This document shows, in pieces, positions 1 to 11,875 of a stretch of 32,000 nucleotides of DNA (position 1 is the stretch's first letter; every line of letters starts with the position of its first letter). The notes beneath the pieces were generated by a model. The model was not told the origin of the DNA. It saw only the letters and a list, made by a program, of their open reading frames with translations, and ran no database searches. The stretch is taken from NCBI GenBank assembly GCA_042852035.1, contig BAAFHK010000002.1:150001-182000 (forward strand), in the 5' to 3' direction. The DNA is from Candidatus Saccharimonadota bacterium (GTDB taxonomy: Bacteria; Patescibacteriota; Gracilibacteria; BD1-5; UBA2023). The position numbers and the translations under genes are program-made.

Positions 1-1
1 T

Positions 2-1108
2 CTATCATTTTCAATGAAAGGTATAGCTGTTATTAAAAAGTTTTTTTTCTTACTCCCAAAGAAGAGGGAGGATGCGGTAATGCTTTTTACATCATGAAGC
101 GAATCTCTTCCTAAGGCAATTCTTCTTACTCATAAGAACATTCTTTGTGATATTGAGTGAGCTCTTGCTCTTGTTCCTTTTAAGAAAAATGAGACAATTA
201 TTTGATTCCTCCCACCATTTCATAGTTTTGGTTTTACAATAAATACGATTTTTCCATTCGTAGCACCAGTGCAAGCTGCCTATACACCAGACCCTGGTGA
301 TGCTCGAACTATAGGAAAGATTCTTTTACACACTCAAGCGAGTATTGTATCAGCAACTCCAACATTTCTTCGTATGATTCTTTCTGGAAATGAGGCTCAC
401 TCACTCACTTCACTCAAATTTGCTTTTGTGTGAGCAGAGAAATGTAACGATGAAGTATTTTCTCTTTTTCGAAAGAAGTGCCCTGAAGCTATTATTCTTG
501 AATGATATGGTATTACTGAGTGTAGTCCTATAGTGACGGTGAATCCTCTTTCAAAACAACTGAAATGATCAGCAGGAAAATTTCTTCCTACAATAATACC
601 AATGATTCGATCACTTGATAATAAAGAGTCTCTCAAAGCATGAGAACAATGAATGATTTACATTACGGGCCCAAGTATATTCTGATGATATATTGACCCA
701 AATTTGGAAAGTCCTTTTGATGAATTTGATTGAAAAAAATGGTATAAAACTTGAGATCTTGGTTATATAGATGAAGAATGATTTCTCTTTATTACTGGCA
801 GACTCAAGCGGTTTGTGAAAATTGCCTGAGAAATGATATCACTTCCTTTTATCGAGGGTATTCTTCTTGAAAAATATGGAAATCCTGAGGTTACAACTCT
901 TGCAATTGAGGCAAAAGAAGAAAATGGGAATGTCACAATTGTTGCATTCACAAATTTTGAAGAAAGTGTTGATGTAATCAATGATTACATACATACCCAT
1001 GGTGCATCAAATCTTGTAAAAATTGCAAGAGTAGAGAAGCTAAATGCTATTCCTATTCTTTGAACGGGAAAGACCGATTATAAGCAGTTAAAATCACTGA
1101 TTCAGTAG
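2..1108 (+). CDS. AMP-dependent synthetase/ligase (acyl-CoA/acyl-ACP synthetase-like), 5' end outside window
   Basis: Frame open from the window edge to TAG 1106-1108 with TGA=Gly. Adenylation motifs MLFTSGSESLPKAILLTH (Gly from TGA 95-97), [54 protein letters not shown]. Confidence 0.85.
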
Positions 1109-1110
1109 GC

Positions 1111-1137
1111 TTGTAATTCTCCACGATTACCTATAAT
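1111..1137 (+). promoter_or_regulatory. Candidate sigma70-like promoter (TTGTAA, 15 nt spacer, TATAAT) upstream of the diiron oxygenase gene
   Basis: TTGTAA 1111-1116 and TATAAT 1132-1137 lie in the 78-nt gap between stop 1108 and ATG 1187. The spacer is slightly short. Confidence 0.35.
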
Positions 1138-1140
1138 TGA

Positions 1141-1167
1141 GGGCAATACGTAATTTACGTATTGCCC
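1141..1167. repeat. Perfect inverted repeat GGGCAATACGTAA-T-TTACGTATTGCCC (terminator hairpin or operator)
   Basis: 13-nt arms at 1141-1153 and 1155-1167 are exact reverse complements, followed by TTT. It lies 33 nt after the upstream stop and 3 nt after the TATAAT box. Confidence 0.7.
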
Positions 1168-1186
1168 TTTAGAATTTCATTTTTTG

Positions 1187-2107
1187 ATGCAAAACAAACC
1201 TCATAATCCTATAATCAGGAATCTTACACGTATCTCACGAGAATCATCAAAAAGTTTCGAAGATTTTTTTGATTGGAATCAGTATAAGAAAGATGATGGA
1301 CAATACTACATGCCCCCAGAATTACTCTCGATATATGGATCAGAGTTATATGAAAAACTTACTGAGAAACAACTCCGAGAGCTCACCCGAATCGAAGCCA
1401 TACAAACACTTTATCTCTATGCCTATGCAGAAAGTGTGATGTGTTACTATATGGCACGCCATCTGGTAAAATCAGACTTTTGAAGTGAAGAACATGCTTT
1501 TATCCTCAGGGAACAAATCGAAGAGTATCGGCATCAGGATATGTTTCTCCGTGCATTAGAAATCCTTGGGAAAGATTATAAACCAATGTCAAAATTCACG
1601 AAATGGTGGACAGGATTTGAGGCAATAGTACTTCCGCCAAAGATTTTCTTTCTGCTTCAAATTGCAATTGAACTTGTAACACGTGAGATTTGAAGACTTA
1701 CATTTCCAGATGAGAGAATCCACCCGCTTGTCCGAGATCTCTGTATGATTCATGAAAGGGAAGAGGCTCGACACGTTACCTTTTCTAATGCATATATAGA
1801 AAATGCCTATAAAAGAGATGGATTTTTTATGAGAACAATTGCTGGTATATGCATAGCTCTCGATATAGCGTTTCTCCACCATTTCTACGTTTACCCCTGA
1901 ATGTATAAAAAGGCCTGAATCTCCGAAGATCTCAAATATTACAAAACAGCGAAGAAATTCATTTTAAGAAGTGAAGTGAAAAATATGATGACAGGAAGTG
2001 CTCGAGAATTTCTCTCCAAGCATTGATGGATAACATGGGCAAATGAATGGTTATTTCGTCTTCTTACAGGTATAACAAAAAATAAAATATATGGACCGAA
2101 TTCGTAA
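1187..2107 (+). CDS. Ferritin-like diiron oxygenase (AurF / acyl-ACP-desaturase-like)
   Basis: 306 aa. Two E...ExxH half-sites: YAESV...EEYRHQD and IELVT...EREEARH. Ends TAA 2105-2107, with 4 in-frame TGA codons. Confidence 0.7.
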
Positions 2108-3128
2108 AATCCTCCAACCAAAAATAGCAATCTACTCAATGGGGACGTATACACCAAGCCAAAAGATAACGAGTAGCGAAGTAGAAGAAAGAATCAGGAA
2201 AGAAAGTTCGTATACTGGTTTTCGAGAGAATTCCGTTTTTGAGATCTCTGGGACGTACACTCGATATTTTTCTGATAGCACAGAGGAGGCATCTACTCTA
2301 GCTTCTGAAGCTGCAAAAAAAGCACTCTCTTCTGCTTCTATGAAGATTGATGAAATAGATGCAATTATTTTTGCGAGCGCATCCCAAGATGTAATAGAAC
2401 CAGCTACTTGAAATAGGGTACAAACCCTTCTTTCAAGCAAAGCACCAGTGTTTGATATAAAAAACGCATGTAATAGTTTTCTTAATGGGCTCCAGGTAGC
2501 AAAAAGTCTCATATCCTCATGACAGTATTCATGTATTCTTGTATGTTCATGAGAGACTCCATCGAGAGCTATCCGTTGGGAAACCAAATCAGCAGCCGAC
2601 TTTAAGGATGCATTTGCTTGATACAATCTTTCAGATGCTGGTGTTGCTATGATCCTCTGAAAGCAGAAAGCAAAACTCCCAGAAATTGTTTTTACAGAAT
2701 TTCTTTCCAAGGGTGAGTATTTTGATGCAAGCATGATTCCTTGATGATGATCGTGTTTTCCTAGGGATACAGAGAAGCTTTTTTTTCGTTCTGATTCTCG
2801 TCGTCTTTCTGAGGCTTTCAATGTTGGAATATTGGATTTTACACAAAATACTCTAAAGAAACATCGATGGAAACTTTCAAAAGTGAATTATTTTCTTCCA
2901 CATATTGTTTCTCGATATTCAAAAGAAGTATTTTCCAATACATTTTCCCTCCCGCATCATAGAATTCTCAATTATAATTCTACTCACGGAAACATGGCCT
3001 CTTGTTCGGTCCCATTTGCATTTATTACTGAATATGAGAAGAAAAGATTTATTTCTCATGAACGAATTCTTATGGTATGACTTTGAGCCGGTGCATCATA
3101 TGCGCTTGTGTGAATAGAATTTCCTTAA
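2091..3128 (+). CDS. 3-oxoacyl-ACP synthase III-like thiolase (FabH/OleA family)
   Basis: 345 aa. Cys-His-Asn triad context: FDIKNACNSF (Cys codon 2469-2471), FLPHIVS, STHGNMASCSVPF. C-terminal MVGLGAGASYALV. ATG 2091 overlaps the upstream gene by 17 nt. Confidence 0.85.
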
Positions 3129-3164
3129 CTCTTGCAACTCATAGCATTATGGATACTATATTTT

Positions 3165-3170
3165 TATAAT
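3165..3170 (+). promoter_or_regulatory. TATAAT box 8 nt upstream of ATG 3179 (leaderless-type spacing)
   Basis: Exact TATAAT at 3165-3170. No purine-rich RBS lies between it and the ATG. Confidence 0.4.
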
Positions 3171-3178
3171 TGCTTTCT

Positions 3179-4216
3179 ATGAATACTCTGTATTTTTCTC
3201 CATATCTCACGCAATTGAGCGTATATTTTTTGATTATAACCTCTATAATCTTTTTATTTGTGGTATCCTACTGATTGAAGTATTATCGATATTTTTTCTG
3301 GAGATTTTCAGCTCTCCTCATATGAGTTCTTTTTTTTGAGTTTCTCACGAGTTCTTTGTGGGTAACGGCTCACCTTGGGACATATGGGTATCTCAATGGT
3401 GATGTGAGTCTTGTTCTTTCGTTTTTTTGGGCTTCTCTTATTTTCTCTTCTCGTATACTTTTTGATAAGATTTTTTTGAAGAAGACTCTTCTTTTGGAAC
3501 TAGGCTTTGTTTTGTGAATAACAACAATTTTCTGACTCCTGACTATTACTCTACTCAAAGAGATTGAAGTTTTTTCATACTCAAAAGAAATGCAGGAGAT
3601 TGTTCAGAGTGGTATAACTTTATTTGGTAGACCTCTTGAGGCATTGATCTATTTTCCTACATTTGTGTTTGTAACATATAGTTTTTATAAATATTGGGAA
3701 TTAGCGATGTACAATAAGCTCTATTTTCTTAATTATTCTATTCGCCCCACAAGAGATATATTTATAGTCCTTGGATCAGTTATAGCAATTTGATACCTTA
3801 TGCACCCGCTTCTTGTTTCGAATAATTTTTATACGTATCCTTTACTTTGTTTTTGAGCATTGATATTCCTCATTATCGTAAATTTCACAATTGCCTCTGC
3901 GACACATTTTTCTCTTTTTATTCGATATGTGTTTGGCACACTTTTGTTTTCAGTTTTCTTTGGTTCATTGTTGAGCTATCTTCTTTGAAAAGGTTGGATA
4001 CAAATTTCAGAGAGCCTTAAAATTAATTATACAGAAGCAACATTTTTTATTCCGGGATTTCACTTTACAGATTCTGAGGCAGTAGGAATTATGTTCTTTT
4101 CCTATTTGCTTATTGCCATAGTAAAATACTATAAGGTTGTTTTTTCTCATAAATCTATTTCAATCGATGACTCAAAAATGACATTTCGATGATGGAAGAG
4201 CCTCTTTAGTAGATAA
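3179..4216 (+). CDS. Polytopic integral membrane protein, unknown function
   Basis: 345 aa, continuous with TGA=Gly. Many hydrophobic segments rich in F/L/I/Y. An in-frame TAA at 3167 limits the start. Ends TAA 4214-4216. Confidence 0.75.
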
Positions 4217-4250
4217 TCGTATATAATATTTATTTTTTAACTTAAGCTCT

Positions 4251-4916
4251 ATGGGACTATCAGTAATAGTAAGTATTTTCTTTATTGTTGGCATTGTCTT
4301 TTCTGGAAAATATCCAATTCTATGAGCTATAGTGTGGTTCCTTATTATGAGTCTATGAGTTGCTTGAGGTACAGGAATTTTTGCTCTTATATTCGTTGAT
4401 TCTCAGCCTCAGATAGCAAATATGATTTGCATCGGGGGATTCATTGTTTGGCTGATTCTTACAGTTGGTATTATTCGAGCGTATCTTGCATTGCGAAAGC
4501 CACAGAATGTGAATATATGAACGAATGCCTCTTCCCAATCAAATACTACTCAAGGTACTTCTTTACCTCAGTCTCCAAAGATTTCTGATACTCCAAAAGA
4601 TTTAATCCAACAAAAGAAGTTAAGTCTCCGAGAGAAAATTGACGCTCTAGATATTGGCACAAAAGATACCGTCATCTTTTTTTATAAAGATGGTTCTGGT
4701 ATGAGGCTTCAGCTTAAAAATCTCGCGAAAATTGTTCAAGAAATAATCAATGAATTTCATAGAAGTGAATTTGCACCTTGAGAGCTTGAAAATCATTTCC
4801 ACTACATTAAAGAGAATTATGCAACAAGCCTTAATTCATCTGATTACTCTATTGTCTTGAAAGTCGTAGAAAGATTTGTAAAAGAATGAGGCAGGCTTGA
4901 TGTAACAACTTCATAG
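4251..4916 (+). CDS. Membrane protein (about 3 N-terminal TM helices plus soluble C-terminal domain), unknown function
   Basis: 221 aa, MGLSVIVSIFFIVGIVFSG..., then an S/T/Q-rich linker and a charged helical C-terminus. TATAAT at 4222-4227 upstream. Ends TAG 4914-4916. Confidence 0.7.
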
Positions 4917-4917
4917 C

Positions 4918-6387
4918 ATGATCTATCAATCATCATTACTTGATGAGATCGCAATACAGCTAGAAAAAAGCGATCCATTTATTATTCGATCTAACGGAGT
5001 AAGTATATCTAGAAATCAGTACAAACGAGAACTTGATTTTTTTACATATCAAATATCTTCATTTCTTTCTTGCGGTGATGTTTTTAGTGTTTGGATAGAT
5101 AATGAAATCCTTTTTTCTCAAATTATTCTTGCAGGTCTTCGATCTTGATCGGTTGCATGTTTAATTGATCCGGAATGATGAAATGCAATAGTTAAAAATC
5201 AAATCCTTGAGGCAAAAGTACAATATATATTTATAGAATGAAAAATATTTGATATATTTTTTCTAACGAGAAATCCACTTCTCCAACTACCAGTGCAATA
5301 TGTCATCGTATGATTTAGTGTCTTTGGTTTTCGGAGAAAGAAAATTCTTTGTGGGATCAGTGAAGTTCACCTCCCAGAAACAAAAAAACTTAATGAAAAC
5401 GAGCCTTCAATTATTGTTTTTACATGATGAACAACAGATGTTCCAAAATGAGTGGTACATACGCATAAATCACTTGTGGCTACCGCACAGAATTTACTGC
5501 CACTCTTCTCTCTCGTGAAACGTATGTATGTGGATATGCCACACTTTCTTCTCTTTGGATTACTTTTGGGTATTCCTATGGTAACAGGAAAGAATAGATT
5601 TTCGTCAAGAAAGGTATTTTCAATTATAAAAAAATATAATGTTGATGGATATTTCTCGCCACCGTATAGATATAATTTCCTTATTAAAAAAGGATATGTC
5701 CCAGCATCATTGAAGCATATATATATTTGATCGGCACCAGTCTATTATGGATTTCTCACAAGATTAATCTCTATTCTAAAATGAGATCAAAATATACATT
5801 GTATTTATTGAATGACGGAAATTCTCCCTATTGCAATGATTGATTGACGTGAAAAATTAGATTTCTGAAATGTTGCATGAGATATACTCTGAAGAGTATA
5901 TGGTAATATTGAAGTTAAATGCAGAAATCAAGAATTTCTTGTAAAATGACCACATGTGTCAGCATGATATTTATGAGATACAAAAAAAGAGTATATATCA
6001 ACGGGTGATTGTTGATATATTTCCGATGGTCTTCTCGTTCTGACTTGAAGAAAGAAAGATATGATAATTCGAAAGGATTTTAATATCTATCCTGCTCTTT
6101 ATGAGTCAATTATATCAAAGATTCCCTGAGTTATTGAGGTTGCCCTAGTTGGTGTATATGAGAGTAAAAATGCTGATGAGAAGATATTTCTCTTCTTGGA
6201 AGTATCATGAATAGTTTATAAAAAAGAAACAATTTTATCACTGCTTAAAAAATGAAAGTATTCCATTGATGAATTTGCTCTTCCTGATGAAATACTCTTT
6301 ATGAATCTTCCAAGGAAGTGAAGGCAGAAAAAAATTGATAAAGAAACACTTCGCCAATTTGCTAAAAAAAATTATTTATGAGGATAG
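4918..6387 (+). CDS. AMP-dependent synthetase/ligase (fatty-acyl-AMP/CoA ligase or OleC-like beta-lactone synthetase candidate)
   Basis: 489 aa. IIVFTGGTTDVPKGVVHTH (three motif Gly encoded by TGA at 5425-5430 and 5449-5451), IYGMTE, STGDCGYISDGLLVLTGRKKDMII, LPRKGRQKKIDK. Starts 1 nt after the upstream stop. Confidence 0.85.
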
Positions 6388-7262
6388 CTATACTGGGTGC
6401 TCTATGATTTGTTGGTCGAAATATAGTTCGATATTTCAAAAATAATAATGAAATATTCGCGTTTGTTCGTAGAATTGGGGATCATGAAGAATGAGTAGAA
6501 TATATTTTTTGGGATAATTCATATGAGCCCAATTTTTATGAAAAAATTGATGTTTGTATTGATTGTGTTTCTGATGTTGATTTTACGAAAAATGATACTT
6601 ATCTGATGGGAAATAATGTCTGAATATTGAAACAGACAAAGAAATTTCTTGAAGATACAAGCTGTGAGCATTATATTTATATATCAAGTTCTTCAGTATA
6701 TATGGGGAAAGATGGCATTCTCCATGAAGCTGATTGAATCGATATCAATAACTTGAGAAATTCCTATGCAAGATCAAAATATTTTGCTGAAGAGTATATT
6801 CGGAATAATTTTAAAAAATGAAAAATCACTATTCTTCGTCCTAGAGCTATATATGGAGATGATGATACGACGCTCCTTCCAAAGTTACTTTCATTACATT
6901 TTTTTTCCTATCTCATTTTTCCTTGAAATCAGAATATTTTTACTTCCGTTACACATATAGAAAACCTTCTTCATGCTCTTGATACGGTTATAAATAAGCA
7001 AACTGATTTGTATGGACACTATAATGTCTCAGATGAGAAGCAAGTTTTATATAAAGATTTGTATACAAAATTGGTTTTAAAATATGGATTTTCTAGAACT
7101 ATATCCCTTCCAGGTTTTATCATTTTTGTATTAAAGTATATATTACCCAATAAATGGGGATATATAGAAGATACATTCTCTAGAAATAAGCAGCTTGATA
7201 TTTCAAAAATTAAAACATTATGATACAATCCAAAGAAGGATTTAGACTCATTCCTTTCTTAA
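6378..7262 (+). CDS. NAD(P)-dependent epimerase/dehydratase-family SDR (OleD-like candidate)
   Basis: 294 aa. Rossmann motif MRIAILGALGFVGRNIV, catalytic YARSK, ILRPRAIYGDDD. Overlaps the upstream ligase by 10 nt. Confidence 0.8.
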
Positions 7263-7278
7263 AATTGATTCATTTTCT

Positions 7279-9501
7279 ATGTCACACAAAAAGGAAATAG
7301 TAGACGAAGTTACAGGACTTTTTCCTGTGAGTGTTAAAAAAATATTTACTCCTGAATCTATTGAGGATATACAGAAGATTCTTAAGGAGGAACCCTGAAA
7401 GATCTCAATTGGTTGAGGTCGATATAGCATGTGAGGACAAACAGCAGTATTGTGAGGTATTCAGATTGATATGAGAAAGATGAAAAAAATTCTTCATTTT
7501 GATGAAAAAAAGAAGTGTATTACCGTGGAAACGGGGATTACATGGAGAGATATACAAGATTATATTGACCCATACAACCTTTCGGTCATGACGATGCAGA
7601 CCTATTCGAACTTTACGGTGTGAGGTTCTCTTTCTGTAAACGTTCATGGGAGATATATCTGATATGGTCCACTTATTCTTTCTGTAGAAAGTATTAAAAT
7701 TATTCTTGCTGACGGTACAATAAAACTCGCGTCAAAGGTAGAGAATAGTGATATATTTTTTGCAGCAATCGGAGGGTATTGAGGTATATGAATTATTATT
7801 GAGGCAACTCTTCATCTCAAGGAGAATAGTATGCTCGAAAGAAAATATGAAGATATGGATTTACATCTCTATGGCGCCTGGTTTAGGGATAATGTGAGGA
7901 ATAATCGAGATGTTATTTTTCATAATGCTGATATATATCCGCCTCATTATAAAAAAGTTCGCGCCACAAGCTGGGAAAAGACAAAAAATCTTGCAACCAC
8001 TAAAGACGCCCTCATTTCAAGGAATTGATCGTATCCTATTCATCGGATAGCATACTTTCTTATGACCTATTTTAGATTTTGAAGACTTGATTTTGGAAAA
8101 TGGATTCGAGAATCTATTATAGATCCTCTTGTTTATGCTCATAAGGAAGTTCATTCTCGTAATTATGAGGCAAGTTATGATGTTGCAGAGCTCGAACCAA
8201 AAAGTCGAGAAAAAACCACATACGTTCTCGAGGAGTATTTTTGCCCTGTTGATAAAATAAATATTTTTGTTCCTAAAATGGCAGAAATATTTCAAAGACA
8301 TAATGCTAATATTGTAAATATTTCGATACGTCATGCCCTTCCTGACAATGGATCGATTCTAGCATGGGCAAAAGAAGAAGTTTTTGCTTTCGTGGTATAT
8401 TATAACCAAGAAACTACCTTACCTCGAAAGAGAGAGGTTGCAGTATGGACCCGGGAACTTATAGATGTCGTGTTATGAGTCGGTTGAAGATATTATCTTC
8501 CGTATCAACTTCATGGAAGTCTCTCGCAAATAAAGAAGGCTTACCCAAGGTTTCAAGAATATTGCGACATAAAGCAAAAGTATGATCCATCGTGAAAGTT
8601 CAGTAACTCTTTGCTTGAGAAGTATTACTTTGAGACTACAAAGAATAATAAAATACTTTCCTCTCGATTTCACACTATATATCATAATGAAGAGTGGAGA
8701 GATAAATTCTTTATTTTTCTTCAAAATATTTTTCATGTAGCACCTACGCATCTCTTCCATAGTCATATCTGGGATTTGATAGAAAAGCATAAAACAGATA
8801 AAGAAATCTATCTTGCTATACAGTCAACAATTTCTCAGATTAAGCCATTACTGGCAGATATTCGTTTTGGGATACCATCGCTCTATAAACAGAAGAATGA
8901 AATAGTTCAAGAGGTAAGTGAGCTTATTCCGAAAAAATGAAAATTTAATGGCTATCTTGAGGTGGGTTGAGCGGGAAGATATATACATCCAATGAAAAAG
9001 ACATACAGGATACATGGTCCAGTATACCTTGTTTCAGATGAGCCAATTGATTACTCTCCAGTTCGAGTTCTCGAAAGATGAAAAATTTCGAAATACAATA
9101 CAAAAAGGCTCACTTATTCTTCCGAAGACCTGGAGCATATACCTACAAATTCTCTTGATTTAGTGAGTATATTTATCGGACTTCATCATGCTCCAGTATG
9201 ACTTTTGGATAGTTTTGTATCTGCACTTTCATCGAAACTTCGTAAATGAGGAATTCTTATTTTAAGAGATCATAATGTTCATGATCCATTTATTTCCCAT
9301 TTTGTTTCGATAGCTCATGATATATATAACGCTTGAACGGGTATTTCATGGGATCAAAATGAAAGTGAACAAAGAAACTTTCGAAGTACCCAAGAATGGA
9401 AAGATTTACTCTGAAATCATGCTTTGAGATTCTGCGAGAAAGAAGTCCTACAACAACATGATCCAACACTCAATACGCTCATGTGTTTTATAAAAGAATA
9501 A
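7279..9501 (+). CDS. Fusion protein: N-terminal FAD-binding (PCMH-type) oxidase domain plus C-terminal class I SAM-methyltransferase-like domain
   Basis: 740 aa in a single frame. FAD domain ISIGGGRYSMGGQ, VGGSLSVNVHG, AAIGGYGGIGIIIEATL, GGRYYLPYQLH. MTase motifs YLEVGGAGRY (I), VYLVSDEP, LDLVSIFIGLHH (II), LRKGGILILRD (III). Confidence 0.8.
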
Positions 9502-9512
9502 AAAAATTTCTT

Positions 9513-10574
9513 ATGGGAAAAATTTTCAAAGTTATACTTCATCTTGTTTTATTCATCATTATTGTTGTTATAATTGTACTTTCATTTTCTTGGTATAATT
9601 ATAATCGAGGAGTTAAAAGTGTAGATATTGGTCTTCAGGAACGTATTTTTTCTTGAGTCTCAATAGATAATATCTTTTCGACCGATACCTGATCTATACG
9701 CAGAACATGAAATACATTTATGAGCATACCGGAATGGTATATAGTAACTCTCTCGGCAGATTATACTAAATGGCTTGAAGAAGGGAAAAATCCGAGTGAC
9801 TTTCCATACTTTCATTATCTGAGTGATATGTGGTATATGTATGGGAGAATTACCGCTATAATGGATGGGAAAATACCGAGAGATTATGAATACCATACCA
9901 TGGTGCAGGTTATATGACTTAGTACCACTTTAGAGTTTTGATCTAAAGCGATTTATGAATTAACCCTCTGAAGAATAACATCATTTTTTTGATATAACAC
10001 ACAAGAGGATCGTTATTATCGGGATTTTTCTCGGAAATATGTGAATTTTATACTTCTTCGTCCATGGTATGAATTTCCATTTCGTGAGCTTAGAGAAGGC
10101 TTCCGGTTGAGAGAGTATAGTATAAGAGGTATAGAGCGATTTGCTATAATCTCTATTGAGTTATATTTAAAAGAGAAATATGCAAAACTCATTGAAGATG
10201 CGGCCCATTCGAATTTTGCCACTCCTGATATATGGACTAGCCTGGAGTGAAATTTTTCAAAAAAAACTATAAGTACATTAGGTCTGAAAGCAGAGGAGAT
10301 GACTTGAGGGATAAGAATCCCTCGTTATTATCCATTCACTGAAATTTTTCCTGATATTATTGAGAATAGAGAAAATCGAGTATATTCTATAGCATGAAAT
10401 AAATATATCGTGAGTGAGTTTTTATGAGCTGAACAAGACACGAATGCATTTCTTTCATTTCCCCTCCCTACAGAGCCGAAAATCTTTCGATCCTATTATT
10501 TTACAAGTATTGATTGATTAAAAACAAACCTCTCTAATCCAAAAAGTACCCTTATACATATTTATGATTTTTAA
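9513..10574 (+). CDS. N-terminally membrane-anchored hypothetical protein
   Basis: 353 aa. N-terminal TM KVILHLVLFIIIVVIIVLSF. W/Y/F-rich soluble part. I recognise no family. Confidence 0.7.
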
Positions 10575-10576
10575 TT

Positions 10577-11875
10577 ATGAAAAACTATTCTCTGATTCTA
10601 AAAAATATCGATAGAACTTTTGAAAAGGCTTTGAATTCTCTGAAGAAAGATCCTATTTTTTCATCGAATCAAACTCTCTATACGGATGATGATAAAAATC
10701 GTATAGCGTTATATTGGAAAGATATTTTAAAGCCATTTTGAGAACTTCAAAGAATTATACGTTCACTCATGTGGCGGTCATTTTTTACTTTCGGAAGTAA
10801 AAATATATTTGTCGTCAAATATTCGGCAATAATCACCTATTACAATATGGTCTATGAACTTCAGCAGAGCTTTGGTCCTCATGAGGAATTTCTCAGGCAA
10901 TATCTTGATGATACATTTTCAGAGAATTATTCCACCCTTGCTCGATTTATGTACCACATAAGATTTTACAGTATTCTTTCATACCCAAGAGAGTATTTTC
11001 TCTCCCTCAGGGATGAGGTAATTCCTTCGCTTGCGCCACTTTTTGATAGACCAGAAAAGCATGCTTGAGATGTTGAGAAACGATGGAAACATGACCTCAT
11101 AAACATATGGTACTATGTAAGATATAAAATGAGCTTAGTTCTTACTTGGATATCGAAGCATGGAGGGAGACTTATGATGCACATTCATCTGAGAAAGCGA
11201 GAACATTGACTTATATCCCTTGAAAATCTCAAATCAGTAGAGAAGCTTCTTAGTCCAGGTGATATACTTCTTACTCGTGGAAATTGGGCGGCTACAAACC
11301 TCAATATTCCATGATTTTGGAAGCATATGGCAATGTATATAGGAACAGGGAAGTACTTAAAGGATTCTTATACTTATGAAAAGCTCTCACTTCTTGATGA
11401 CTCAACTCATTATATTATAGAGGCAATAGGAGTATGAGTACAGATTATCCCCCTTGAGTCTCTTTGCGGGCATAATGATTATCTCTGAGTATTACGACCG
11501 AAATTCAAAAATGAGAAAGTATCACGAGCCATAGAAAAAACCCTTAAACTTGAAGGGAAGTCCTACGATTACTCATTTAACTATTATAGTGATGTCAATT
11601 ATGTTTGTTCTACTCTTGTAACGAAGGCCTATCTTCCAGAATCATATACTGATGAAGGGATACATATATCACTTACTCGAATAGGAACAGGAATCACTTA
11701 TCCTCCGAATGATATCGTAAAAAAATATAGTGTTGAGTATATGACGAAGAAAGAGGAGCTCACATTTGTTGCATTTATTGATTGTATTGATAAGACGGGT
11801 CAAAGTTTTCTTGCTACCGAAGAGGCTTTCCGAAGTTCGGGCTTTAGACCAAAACTTTCTTTTTTTCTTCCCTAA
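10577..11875 (+). CDS. YiiX/YaeF-like permuted papain-fold (NlpC/P60 superfamily) protein with about 200-aa N-terminal extension
   Basis: 432 aa. SPGDILLTRG...FWKHMAMYIG, IIEAIGVGV, KSYDYSFNYYSDVNYVCSTLVTKAY match the family motif order. Confidence 0.7.

Noticed and set aside
2132-2821. 229-aa minus-strand ORF, the longest ORF in the supplied track for this region
   Set aside because: It is antisense to the FabH-like gene, which has a complete catalytic triad in the + frame. The product has low-complexity composition and no motifs, so it is a shadow ORF.
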